A DNA stretch of 64,000 nt from Amphiscolops sp. MND2022 (lineage: Eukaryota), in NCBI GenBank assembly GCA_964187785.1, contig OZ076418.1, positions 13,392,001 to 13,456,000 of the forward strand, in the 5' to 3' direction. The position numbers and the translations under genes were made by a program. The first letter of the stretch is position 1, and every line of letters begins with the position of its first letter. The notes under the pieces are model-generated. The model did not search any database and was not told the origin of the DNA. It saw nothing but the letters and a program-made list of their open reading frames with translations. Of the stretch, positions 1 to 12,300 are shown in pieces.

Positions 1-3000
1 AAGATTCGTGCAAGATGTGGACGAGTTCGCAGCGCCTCATGTTTCGAAATGTAAGTGACAGCGTCAGTGATAATGACTCTAGGTTGGTCCAAATCGGGTA
101 GCTCTTTCCTTAAATCATCCAAAAAGGATAAATACTCTTCCACGTAAATGGACTCCTCGTCGGACTGGAAGTACCCACGAAGTTGGAAGCTTCGGAACAA
201 CTGCTTATAACAATAAAGAGCCTGACTGAGAGGACATCTGAACATGATGTCTAAATCGAACGATCCAAGTCCTTTCACAATATCCGACGTGAGTTGAAGA
301 CTGCTCTGCGCAGAATGAAACAAATAAGCGACATACGCTCTTCCGAGTCTGCCGAAGTCTTCCTTAGCTTCCTGTATTAGTTTAGGGAGGTTGGCACGAC
401 CCCCGTTTTTGTCACTCAGCTCCCGTTCAGCCTTGATCTTGCAAGCGACACTCAGTCTCTGCTCCAACTTGGACCGCACGATAAAATCGGTGATTGAAAG
501 AGCCCTGGTATCCGAGACGGAAATGCTGAGGATTTCGGACAAGTCATTTTCCTGTGGAAGACCTTTGGGCCGCATGCAACGCCTGCCAAGCTTGAGAAGA
601 AACTGACACAATTGGCGATAAATGTCAAAACCGTGGTCCCGTCTCCCAACAAGGTGTGGCACAAAACTAGTAGTGTCTAAACAACATACGTTAATGTACC
701 CATGAAATTTACCACTACAATGCAACCAACGAAAGGATACTACTAACAGTCCCTGACTAGTCGGTAAAAGAGCTCGAGTCGGCAGAGGAATAGTTCGTCA
801 CTGAGCATTGCTCTCTCCAGATTTTGTGGCTAAAATTCCGGCGGGTTACATAAAGGATCCAAAATAGACCTAGGGTCAGTATGACGGCAAAACTTACTTG
901 TTTTCTCACTCCCATCATTTCATGAGGAGGAGCATAGGCATCCAGGTAACTTGACACATTAGACCAATGGGAGAGAAGCTCCTGACAGAGAGTCGGCAAA
1001 GTACCCAGTTCAATTTGACACGTTCTCACGGCCTGAAGGAACCAGATTGTTAAGCCGCAACACAATACAGAACATTGAAAACGATCAAAAACAACCAACC
1101 TTTGCTAGAACTGGCATTAGTAAGGTCCAATCCTGGTCGAGGCAGCCTCCTAAGAAGACAATCAAGTACTGTAGTACTGAATGAAAGTCGATTCGCCCAA
1201 AGACGCTATAACTCTCCTTGTGCATAAGTTTGGCAATAGAGAAATCAGCAAATCGAAGTGGGCGTTGCAGTCCATGCTCGTTTATTGGGGAGTCATCAAT
1301 AGACTGAATTGTCTCCAGTGTACTCCCGGAACAACTGACGATGTTAGGAGAGGTTGAAAATACAGCCATGACGTCACTTATGAGATGAAGTTCAGCTGCG
1401 GACTGACCAAGAACCCGACCTGTTCGCTTGAGGAGGACCCGAAACAGTTCATCTTTTCGCCAGAACCGCACGAACACCAGTAGAAAAACTCCTTTATTTA
1501 CAAACTCCAAGGAATACTCTCCTGACTCAACTATGTGTGTCCCGATGTCATGTAGAGCCTGCAGGAAGAGGTGATGGAAGAGAGCCTGAAAACAACAACA
1601 ACTTGTTAGCCATCTTTAACCTAAGAGTCAAGGACGGACACAAGGTCGGTATGACAGCAATAAAACACTAACCGACAGACGTTCTTTACTCCAGTCAAAG
1701 TCTGTGATTAGAGCCTGGTGATTGACAACGACACCAATGTCTCGCCAAAGGTTTCTTAGGGCACTTATGTCTCCATGGGTTCGTAAGTAGTGACCAAGAA
1801 CTGACACCTGGACCTTTGCTCTATTTTCTGATGAAGACGCCATATAGTCAGTGCCCCTCAAGTAGTCGTCATAGAAAGGGAGTTTCTCGCCAATATCAAC
1901 AAGCACGACATCCTTGAACTTCGGTAACTCCAGTTGCAATTGGTATGGAGTAAGGAGTTTCCCATCCCTACCACGAACGTGGTGCTTCACCACCTTGGTC
2001 ACTGGGTCCTCAGTGGCAAGGTGTTCGTATCGCCACCTCTGGTCCTTACGAAGATGCCGCTCTGTAGCATGGTGACGTAAGATCTCTCGGGCTCCCCGGC
2101 CATAAATTGAGATATTGCCTTTACAGATTTGGCAATAAAATTTATAAGGGTTCCACCGAGGATCGACCGGCCCTGACACAAAAGTCTTTGTCCATTCCAT
2201 GCCCTTAAAGTACGCTTCTTTCATTATCTTACAGGAACGTGGGACTCAGTGTCGATTGATTGTATTGCCCGTTGTCGCCCTCTTGCGTGGCCGCTTCCGG
2301 GAGTTAGACTTTGACTTTTCAGCGACAGCTTCAGCTTTAAGCACTGCTAGGGTCTGGGCTCCGGGACTATCCACCTGGAATTCGGTTTCAGCGGACCGTG
2401 AGTCAACTCGACTGCACCCAGGAGGGCCAACTGGAGGTGGAGTGAAGGGCCCACTCTCAAAGTCGGAGTGTTCGTACTCATACCCGATACTGGCAAAGTC
2501 ATCAGAACTCCTCAGTACTCCACTAGTGTCGCTGGCATCTCCTGACATTGTTCCGGATTGGGGACCGGGTGTGGACGCTCGAAACGCTGATTTCCTGGAT
2601 TGCGCTCTACCAGCGGGAGAAGCTAGAGTCGTCCCAAGGTTTAGCCTGCTTGTTCGCTCTATCAAATTCTCCATTGTTTTGAGGGAGGACTTTACGGCTT
2701 CATCTGCAACAGCTCTCAGGATACAGCTTACCTGATTCTCATTGAGTGCTAAGGTCGAGTGGCCAGGTGGCAATGCAACTGGGTTGGTGGTTTCGAAACA
2801 TTCCTTTACGAGGGCACGGCTACTTGCTGATAATTGGTGACTCCTGGTCACCTCCTCGGGGAAATCCATAGAGGTCAAACTGTCTGCATCACTGACTCTA
2901 AGTCTGCTTTTATCCACTGGGGCATGCAAAGCGTCAGCCACTGTCGACCCTACTGGCCCAGCAGATTCCTGTCCAGCCTCGCTAGCGGACCTATTAGAAG

Positions 3001-3794
3001 GGCTGTGAAGGACTACGGTAAGGGGGTCATTCAGCCTAAATTCGTCTTCAGAAGCTGAGAAACCTTCAGTGTTTGACGGACCTTCAGTATCAGAGGCGGA
3101 AACAGAGAACTCTCTTCTAGAGTCCCCAATCTTAACGCACAATTTCTGGATTTTTGGCTCTGACGGCTTATACATCGACTTCAGATTACTCTTGTTTGGA
3201 TTTTTTGGAGGGTCCAGAAAAGCAACTCTTGGCACAGAATCGACACTCTCGGCCTCAATTTGATCAGGATGATTTTGAGTAGGAGCCAATTCCAACGTAA
3301 CACTGTCACTGAATTTCTCAACATTGCCGCCACTTGGACCTTGGGTACTGTCTTCAGGGGTGACACCCAATTGTTCCCATTTTCGAGCGATATACGCCCT
3401 GCAACTTTCGTCAGTACTGCTGCTCTCCACATTGGCACTTCCAATTGCGGTTAGAGGGGTGACAGTCAACTCAGTCTGTTCAGCTGGTAAAGTTGGGGGG
3501 ATCCATCTTGACTCATTGCTTGTACCCCAGTTTCAACGGAATGGACTAAGGAACCGACGACAGTGTTCATAGCGGACTGCACGTTAACAGTAGTGTCCAT
3601 CTCCTCCTGGCTGGATTGGGGAATACGTACCGACGAGGGACTCCCAGCGTGCGAAGAAGCAGTCACGAACGACTCACTAGTATCCATTCTATCTTCCCCT
3701 TCCGCGTTCAATTGGAGAGGTCGGCCGTTTGACTCATACTATCTAAACGAAATGAGATAAATAAGCGCGGTTCACTTCCTGAAAATGTATCCAT
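1..3794 (-). pseudogene. Antisense spliced Zn-finger/hAT-like accessory gene, copy 1 (3' end outside window)
   Basis: Exons 3794-1673, 1585-1100, 1032-898, 829-748 and 676-<1. Introns are GT...AG. Lesions: CGA>TGA near 2246, a 6-G-run frameshift near 3495 and a 2-nt insertion near 3738. Confidence 0.85.
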
Positions 3795-4565
3795 CTTAGC
3801 GCTTTTCAAAAATTCTTCCGGAAGTTCTTTGACTCAATGTTCATGCTTCATGCAAACATTTCACGATGGAGGAAGTGACTTTGTTAAAATTAAGAGCCTT
3901 GATCAAGCCTTGTTTTAACACCTTTGAAAGAACCAACCTGATGCAAATGCCATGACGGGTTTGCAGAATTGATGTGATCCTTTTGAAACGCACAGATTAG
4001 TCCAGAAAAGGGTAGATTGTTTAGCTGTATCCAAATAGTAGTCGACGGACAGTCCACTTTTAGGTACGATACAACTCTTCCAAAATATTCGCAATCAAAG
4101 GAGAGAACTCGATACTCTGTTCAGAAAAGCAATTAATCGTGCCAAGAATGACAATTAGCAAGAAGAAGTGGTTTAACCACAAGTAGGTAATTAATAGAAA
4201 ATTTCAAAAAATCACCGAAAGCGATAACAGACGATCAATGAACGACTCAAGGTCAGAGAGACTATACAGATTACGGGTAATACAGTATAGCTCAAGTGAT
4301 GCTGCTTGAGAAGACAATTAATAGACTGAAATTGAAGTTAGTGGTGAATATTGCACGAAATGGGACGTAACGTCAACCTGACGGCAGTGTGATACTAGTT
4401 CGCGATTAAGTATTATTAACCACTACCAATATGTTGGACTATGAGTCACCTCGACGGCACGACTTTAATTGATACCTAGTACAATTCTCTTCTCACTAAC
4501 TTGACCCTCCAACTACTACTTCTACTAATTACTAATTCTTACCATTAACTTACAGTCCAAAATCC

Positions 4566-4660
4566 TTATTATTATTTTTATTATTATAATTATTATTATT
4601 ATTACTATTATTATTACTGGTAACAGTACAATTATTATTATCAATATTATTATCACTATT
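4566..4660. repeat. (TAT)n-rich low-complexity tract inside the element
   Basis: Sequence is ttattattatttttattattataattattattatt... The homologous positions in the other two copies are N runs. Confidence 0.9.
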
Positions 4661-4769
4661 GCTCTTACTTTAACTATCATTTGGATGTCGTGGCTACATG
4701 TAAGATCTACGCTTATGTTACCATCTCTTTCTTTATGTTAATCAAACTCTACTACTCATAGTTCATGGT

Positions 4770-5033
4770 ATGGAATCTGCCAGTGAAATATCCATGGACT
4801 TCTTTACTTGTTTCCCTTTATTTCACTCTCTTCACCTAAAAAATGCATCAAATTACTTATTTCATTTCACATTCATAAAATTATTCGTCATATTTTACCA
4901 ATCAATCCATTGTTATTTGTTTGGTTATCATCATTGCTGCCGTCGAAAGGACCGACGGTCTTTCAAGTTAATTGTTGACGAAGAATTAAGAGAGACAACA
5001 CTTAGATTGTCAAGTGACGCCTTTGAAGAATAA
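4770..5033 (+). CDS. Hypothetical 87-aa ORF (also at 21388-21651 and 36024-36287)
   Basis: Open in all three copies, but the copies are too similar for that to show selection. Hydrophobic middle, charged C-terminus. Confidence 0.2.
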   Translation: MESASEISMDFFTCFPLFHSLHLKNASNYLFHFTFIKLFVIFYQSIHCYLFGYHHCCRRKDRRSFKLIVDEELRETTLRLSSDAFEE

Positions 5034-5139
5034 AGTAAAACAACTTGAAGAGGCAATTAACAAGCTTCGCAGATAAATTACTCGAAAATTATTCGAGACT
5101 CCGCTCTTAATCGAAACCTAAATAGGAAATGTGAAAACT

Positions 5140-6135
5140 ATGATTCGGGGAAAAACCCCGCGCCCAACCCCCGCCAAAATTGGGGTTGGACCTGAAGTCA
5201 AGAAGACGGCAGGAAATTACTTGCCTCCCAAACTTTGTGAAACTCAGTTGCTACAAACCTTGTTTGTCACAATTGCTAAAAAACTTCTCATTCAACGTTT
5301 CTACAAGGAAATGTCTCTACAATTTTCTCTGGAGGAACACGATAGACCTCTAGTTAGCCTTTCGTACCAGTCATCTGATGAAGAAATGGAAGTGGACTCA
5401 GTGTCCATTGCAGACGGACCTGACGGTCAAGATTCAGACGACGACATACAAGTTCTTGCTTGTTATCGTGAAAATATACCCTTCCCTCCACAACTCACCG
5501 CGCGTCGGGCAATGACTACAGAATTAGCTCATTGCTTGAACGACCTGAACATACCAGATGACGATTTAATTGGATCAGTGAGCACTTTTACAGACCCGTC
5601 ACAAGACTTGCTCGATTGGTGTGTTGGGGGCCCCCCAAGAACCTCTTATGGCTCAAATGCGGATGACCACCCAATAACGTATTGTGGCCAGCTAAAGCCA
5701 ATACGGGACTCCCCATGGTCACCTCCGCTAGAAGACCAAGGACCCTCAGTTGACACCTACCAGCCTACGCAACCTCACGGTTTGGCAGACTCATGGTATG
5801 GCAACTCACACATCACGGGCCTAGGAATTAGCGTCGGGGGAAGCTGTGGCCAACTGAATGAGACGACCCAAACTGGTTGCGTGATCTGTGGGAAATCATC
5901 TGCGGACATTAAAGAAGAAATAACATTGGGGTACCTTGAACAGACACACATTCCCGGAGAAACTTATGAGCAGCGGATTGCTGGACGTGATGCATTCCAG
6001 GCAGGTATGAAAGCAGGGACGTTCATACTTGTACCGGGGGGAGTGTCGCAAGCTGCCGCTTGTGACGGCATCCTATACCAAATGATGCCAGAAGGTAATG
6101 AGACGCCACCAGCCCCCGGGGTACTACCTATCTAG
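5140..6135 (+). CDS. Accessory sense ORF of unknown function (331 aa from ATG 5140, or 274 aa from ATG 5311)
   Basis: Long ORF intact in copies 1 and 2. Acidic/Pro-rich, with a CVICG motif followed by a predicted helical segment. No TM or env signature. Confidence 0.65.
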   Translation: MIRGKTPRPTPAKIGVGPEVKKTAGNYLPPKLCETQLLQTLFVTIAKKLLIQRFYKEMSLQFSLEEHDRPLVSLSYQSSDEEMEVDSVSIADGPDGQDSDDDIQVLACYRENIPFPPQLTARRAMTTELAHCLNDLNIPDDDLIGSVSTFTDPSQDLLDWCVGGPPRTSYGSNADDHPITYCGQLKPIRDSPWSPPLEDQGPSVDTYQPTQPHGLADSWYGNSHITGLGISVGGSCGQLNETTQTGCVICGKSSADIKEEITLGYLEQTHIPGETYEQRIAGRDAFQAGMKAGTFILVPGGVSQAAACDGILYQMMPEGNETPPAPGVLPI

Positions 6136-6751
6136 AACAAACTCTGAAACGAACTTTAGCATTTATTCTGATAGTTTAATATTTGTTTCATGCATGTAAT
6201 GACCGAATTATTAACGCTAAACATGCAATTTCGATGTTACTATTTAGACCAAAGGTCAATTTGACAGCATTTAATCTGTGCATTTATTCAATTGCTATTA
6301 TTGATTTGTTACTATTTAGAATTTCCCATTGATGAAATTACTTGCAATTAATCTGAACCTAAAGTACATCACTTAGTTAACGACGCAATACTTAGCAAAG
6401 TAACTCAAGTGCTGTTAAACGGTGTTTAAAGAGTTCCTTAAGACACTTTTCTTAGCTAATTAACTAGTACTCTACTGCAGTCAAATTGACGTGTGGTCAC
6501 AAGTACCTGTTGACCAATCAGAGTGAAGTACCAGTCTATCATTGCAGTCATGCTGACGCATGGTCAGATTTAGAATTTCATTGAGTTTTGATGTTACCAA
6601 TGCATGAAAGGTTGATTTTAACCTGAATTTGAATACATGTAAAGATACCCACTGTTTGTTTGATGCTATTTATATCTCTTCATTTGTGTGACGTAATGTC
6701 AAAACCCTCAGTCTATTTTTAGAACTAGTGACCTAATAATGAAATCGGGGC

Positions 6752-6887
6752 TATATTTAGAATGATATCACCCTAAATTTAGTTCCTGACACGCAAAATA
6801 TTGCGTGTCATGCAGTGTAAACTATATATACGCGGAATTTGTAATAAGAAGACACATTCATTCATTGATTGAAAACGCTACGATACA
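6752..6887 (+). repeat. Candidate shared short LTR (136 bp); a longer LTR starting TGTAAT at 6195 is an alternative
   Basis: Preceded by gaaatcggggc (weak PPT). Ends ATACA. Starts TATAT here and TGTAT in copy 38007, giving a 5-bp terminal IR. Contains TATATATA, an AATAAG variant and CATTCATT just upstream of the gag ATG. No TGG-type PBS follows. Confidence 0.4.
6787..6866 (+). promoter_or_regulatory. Putative gag promoter: 10-bp-arm palindrome, TATA box, Inr-like CATTCATT
   Basis: TGACACGCAA-aata-TTGCGTGTCA at 6787-6810, TATATATA at 6823-6830, cattcattcatt about 25 nt downstream. TGACGT and CCAAT motifs lie upstream (6487, 6512, 6689). Confidence 0.5.
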
Positions 6888-6948
6888 AAACTGTCTGATT
6901 TGTTACTGTTGATTAATTCACTGTTGGAATCAAATCCATTTCTTGAAA

Positions 6949-8721
6949 ATGCCTTCAACTAGAAAGCAGAAAGCAAGAGAGAAACGTTCTAGACAGTCTG
7001 ACGTAATGTCAGATATTGAAAATTTAGATGTGATGCTTGGAAATTACTCAAACAGCGAAATTAGAGACCAAAACACGGTAGGTCAAATAGAAATTGACCC
7101 TGAGTCAAATAGACGGCAACAAGGTTTCGGGCAAGAAGAAAGCAACTATAGATCTCTTTTGAATACAAATTTGAGTGAGAATAGTGAAATTACAGTAGAA
7201 ACTAGTAGAGCAATTAGTTCAGAAATTTCTTCACAGATGTCGAGGAAATTGGAAGAAATGCAATCTGATCTAAATTCCCATATTATGGAGGTAATAAACT
7301 CCGCTATCGATGAAAAAATACTACCGAGCATCGAAAATGTCATAGTAAATCATAGGGAGCCTAAGAACGCGAAATTGGACCTTCGGTCAGATGGACGGCA
7401 TCCGAGTAGAAATGTCCCTATGGACCAGACTTTGGACCTTGGGTCATATGGACGGCATAAAAATAAATTCAGCCAACAGGCCCAGGACTCAAGGGAGAAT
7501 TTTCCTAGACTAAACACAATAGCAAATAACCTTTCAAATCATCAAATGGAATGTTTGGAAGATTCTGAACAAAGTGAAATTGATGAAGGTTATGACATGG
7601 TGACAGGAGCCAACCTTACTCCACATGTAGTCCCTGAATTTCTGACCGGACGTCCCACGCAGTCCAGAAACAAAATTCCCCATCAACAATGCGTCAACGA
7701 TGACACATTAGATACCACTCTCCCGGCACAGATTCCCTCAAACCCTATCAATGACCGGGAAATGCAGCCCCAAACACCATTAGACCCCATAAACAGACTT
7801 GCCGATGTCATTATGGGAATGAACAACAAATCATCAGCACAAACACTGATGGTACGGCCAGTCAATACTGCCACACTTACATTTGACGGCAAATCTGAAA
7901 AATTTGAACTGTTTGAAGACCTTTTTCACACGGTGATAAAGATGCAACCCGAGATGACGGAAGCAATGAAAATTAATCACTTTCATTCACTGTTACGCCC
8001 TGCACACCTTCCGCAACATCAGTTCGGCAAATAGACAAACCTTAGAAGACGTACTAGCTGTGTTCCGTAGGAAATATGTCAAACCTGAATCCCAGGCAAC
8101 TGCCAAACATAAATGGCACAAATTGGTATTTGACCCAAACACAATGAAATTGCCCGATTTTCTCGAGGAACTCAATCAGGGCGCCGAAAAAGCCTTTGGC
8201 GAGCACGCACAAGCCATGATTGACAGTCTGCTATACGCAAAACTCCCACCGAAACTCAAACGTTCAGTCAACATGGCGCGATTAGAGAATGCCACCTATG
8301 AAGAAATTGTCACTCATCTCGAACGAGAACTGGAGTTGAATGGACTTGAGGAAGGCGACGACATTCCCGTTCCCACAATGTCAACAGCCCCGACAGCCAC
8401 ACGACCGGGTCAAGGACTCCTTTCATCAGGCATTGACCCAGGAATAACTTGCAACTACTGCAACAAACCTGGACATGTCAAAGACGATTGCCGAAAACTA
8501 AAACGAAAGGAAGAGCAAAAACGCAACGAAGGCTCGAGTACCAAAAAAGAGTACCCAAAGTGCCCGACTTGTGATAAAACCAATCACCCGGCGGAGAGAT
8601 GTTGGAAAGGCGCTGGAGCCCACCTCAAGCCCAAAAACCTCAAATTGGATAGTCCAAAGGATGTCGTGATGACCCCACCAATAAACCCACAACTTCTATC
8701 CTTAAAAACTCAAAAAACTAG
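6949..8721 (+). pseudogene. gag: gag, copy 1 (frameshifted)
   Basis: Two CX2CX4HX4C knuckles. An 8-nt deletion (~7997) and a 16-nt deletion (~8663) relative to copy 2. Restored length is 598 aa. Confidence 0.9.
8712..8721 (+). promoter_or_regulatory. -1 ribosomal frameshift slippery site A AAA AAC before the gag TAG
   Basis: Canonical X XXY YYZ heptamer in the gag frame. pol is in the -1 frame and open across it. Confidence 0.75.
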
Positions 8722-9317
8722 ATTTGCCACGACTCCATATTAATGAAAAATTACGCATCAGACAATATATAATGTCTGATCCTCCTACTATATACTATAC
8801 TGAATATTACTCTTCCATTAAAGAAAATTCATCAGCTGACTGGCAGCAGCAGGTGAAGCATTTGCCTACTCACTTACACAACCCGGACCTTCAGTCCGAC
8901 AGACAGCACTCTAATACTTTGACCATTCGCCCCCTTCCCCTAATCGATAACTATAACCCATATTATCTTGACCCGGACTTCGGATTCGACCCCTATTGGG
9001 ACATTCAAATCTACAACCAACATCAGCTACACTTCTACAACAACTTTACCAAAAACATTGCAGATATCGAACATGAACAACCCCACATTGATCAGATGCT
9101 GAACACAAAACTATCCACGGCCTCTGTTGACCCTTGGCAAAATGTGTGGATTAACACCATTTCACCAATCCAGGAGGCAATAACCGAACAACTTCCACAC
9201 AATGGACCTTTGGTCACATTGACGGCAACAGTGGAAGAGCGCTTTGTGAACACGCTGATCTCACGAAACGGTGAACCTGACTACGTCCCGCTGACGACCA
9301 ATTTGGGACTCAAATAC

Positions 9318-12300
9318 AAACGACGGATGCTCTACTTCCCCATGGATTTTGGCGAACTAACTTTAGATGGCCTTGTAGAAACGGGAGCCCTATCTAGCGC
9401 TATCCCAGAAGCTGCTCTACGTAAAATCCGATTATTAGCCCCTCAGTCAATAATTAAAGAGGGCCCAGCACCCAACTTCCAGATTTTGGTAGCCAATGGA
9501 CAGCTGGAGACTCCAAAGAGCACCGTTGAACTCAAATTCGAGGTCGGCGACATCGATTTCCACGAGATCTTCATTGTTATGGAAAAACTCACAAGTCCGT
9601 TAATTGGTCTCTCGTTCCTGCAACGGAACAATACCATACTGGACATGCGTCAAGGAGTTTTAAACTTCCCTTTCTTCTCCATGCAATTGAAAACAGCTGA
9701 CCACAAGTACACTAACGTCATGGAACCTATCTGTGCACGGGAGGATATAACTATTCCCCCCAACGACAGACATATGGTTTCCATGTTCTCACAACTATAT
9801 GACGACACAAACGTCACTGGAATTCTTCAACCGAGCAACGACCTTGCAGAAGATGGTGATATAACCTTCTGCGCCGCTCTAGTCACACTGACCCAAGGTC
9901 AGGTATCAATCCATGTCAACAACTTCACTGACCAACCGTACACCATCAAAAGAGGTTCGCACATTGCCAATTTCTCTGTCCTCACACCAGAGCAGATGAA
10001 ATACGTCAAACCCATTGATCCTGTGACCACTTGGCACCTTTTGAAGGATAACCCGGAAAATGCTGCCTATTATGCCAGTAGCCTGATCAAATCTCCGAAA
10101 ACTAGCGATGATAGTGAGAACTATTGGTTCCCTACTCCGGAAGAACCAGGAGATCCCCAAACTCACACACCAATACAACAAAGAATCCTTAGAGAACTAC
10201 AAAATCTCCAAGATTTAGAGAAACTCAACCCTCAGGATGACCCTGAATCGCGGAAACAATTTCTTGCTAACTTCGACTGGATAGACGCGACGCTAAATCC
10301 AGCCGAAATTGCCCAAATTGAAGAATTACTTGTTGAATTTCACGATATTTTTGCACGACACCGCTTTGATATAGGTATGAACGAGGACTTCAAGGTCACT
10401 TTGACCCCTAAAAATGACTCTCCTGCCTATAGTCAAAGCTTACCTACTCCTATCAACCTCAAAGAAGATATCCTTGTAGAACTAGCCCTACTACATCGAT
10501 ATGGGATTATAACAACTCTCCCATTTTCCAAATATGCAAGTCCAATTTTTGCCCAGAAAAAACCTAACGGCAAACTTCGACTCCTGGTCGACCTCCGAAA
10601 GATCAACAACCTGATTTCCGACGATTATATCAACAACAACCATCCTGTCAGCACACTAACGGATGCTGCGCAACACATGGCAGGCAAACGATTATTTTGC
10701 AAACTTGATTGTTCTCAAGCATACCACTGCCTTCAGATGGCTGACCAGAGGTCAATCGAGATGCTGGCGTTCAATTTCGCCAGCAGAACCTTTGCCTATC
10801 GCCGACTTGCCCAAGGTCTAAGCAGAGCGCTGTCCGCATTCTCGAGCTTTATGCGCGAATACCTGGATAAAGTGATAAAAGCTGACCAATGCGCTCAGTA
10901 CGTAGATGATATTGGGATAGCTGCAAACGACGCTACTCAGCTCATCAACAACCTTCGAGCAACGTTCCAGTGCATCAGGACCGCTGGCCTCAAACTAACG
11001 ATGCACAAATGCCATTTCGGCGCCAAGGAAATCGACTTCCTGGGACGTACCATCACTCCTGAAGGGGTGCGGCCACAACGACCCAGGGTCCAGAATTTCT
11101 TGGAAAAGACCAAATTCCCTAAATCCAAGAAAGCCCTTCAAAAATACTTGGGATTCTTGAACTACTACCGTAACTACATTCCAAGACTCTCAGAAAAACT
11201 CACACCGTTTTTCAAGTTATTGAAAAGTGATGCCAAAGTCATGGTGACACCCGATCTGTTAGAAAAATTCACCGAGATCAACAAAGCTCTTGACCGATGT
11301 TGTGAACTGGCACTCAAACAACCTCTACAAACGACGGATGCTCTACTTCCCCATGGATTTTGGCGAACTAACTTTAGATGGCCTTGTAGACACGGGAGCC
11401 CTATCTAGCGCTATCCCAGAAGCTGCTCTACGTAAAATCCGATTATTAGCCCCTCAGTCAATAATTAAAGAGGGCCCAGCACCCAACTTCCAGATTATGG
11501 TAGCCAATGGACAGCTGGAGACTCCAAAGAGCACCGTTGAACTCAAATTCGAGGTCGGCGACATCGATTTCCACGAGATCTTCATTGTTATGGAAAAACT
11601 CACAAGTCCGTTAATTGGTCTCTCGTTCCTGCAACGGAACAATACCATACTGGACATGCGTCAAGGAGTTTTAAACTTCCCTTTCTTCTCCATGCAATTG
11701 AAAACAGCTGACCACAAGTACACTAACGTCATGGAACCTATCTGTGCACGGGAGGATATAACTATTCCCCCCAACGACAGACATATGGTTTCCATGTTCT
11801 CACAACTATATGACGACACAAACGTCACTGGAATTCTTCAACCGAGCAACGACCTTGCAGAAGATGGTGATATAACCTTCTGCGCCGCTCTAGTCACACT
11901 GACCCAAGGTCAGGTATCAATCCATGTCAACAACTTCACTGACCAACCGTACACCATCAAAAGAGGTTCGCACATTGCCAATTTCTCTGTCCTCACACCA
12001 GAGCAGATGAAATACGTCAAACCCATTGATCCTGTGACCACTTGGCACCTTTTGAAGGATAACCCGGAAAATGCTGCCTATTATGCCAGTAGCCTGATCA
12101 AATCTCCGAAAACTAGCGATGATAGTGAGAACTATTGGTTCCCTACTCCAGAAGAACCAGAAGATCCCCAAACTCACACACCAATACAACAAAGAATCCT
12201 TAGAGAACTACAAAATCTCCAAGATTTAGAGAAACTCAACCCTCAGGATGACCCTGAATCGCGGAAACAATTTCTTGCTAACTTCGACTGGACAGACGCG

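Noticed and set aside
2199-3572. Plus-strand ORFs of 64-179 aa overlapping the antisense gene (and copies at 18753-20129 and 33379-34695)
   Set aside because: Shadow frames of the real minus-strand coding sequence with no motifs. They recur only because the unit is repeated.
5375-5381. CTGATGA as a hammerhead ribozyme core
   Set aside because: It lies within a coding frame, and the three flanking helices and properly placed GAAA could not be built.
4770-6135. Possible env gene
   Set aside because: No signal peptide plus TM anchor, furin site or fusion-peptide pattern in either ORF.
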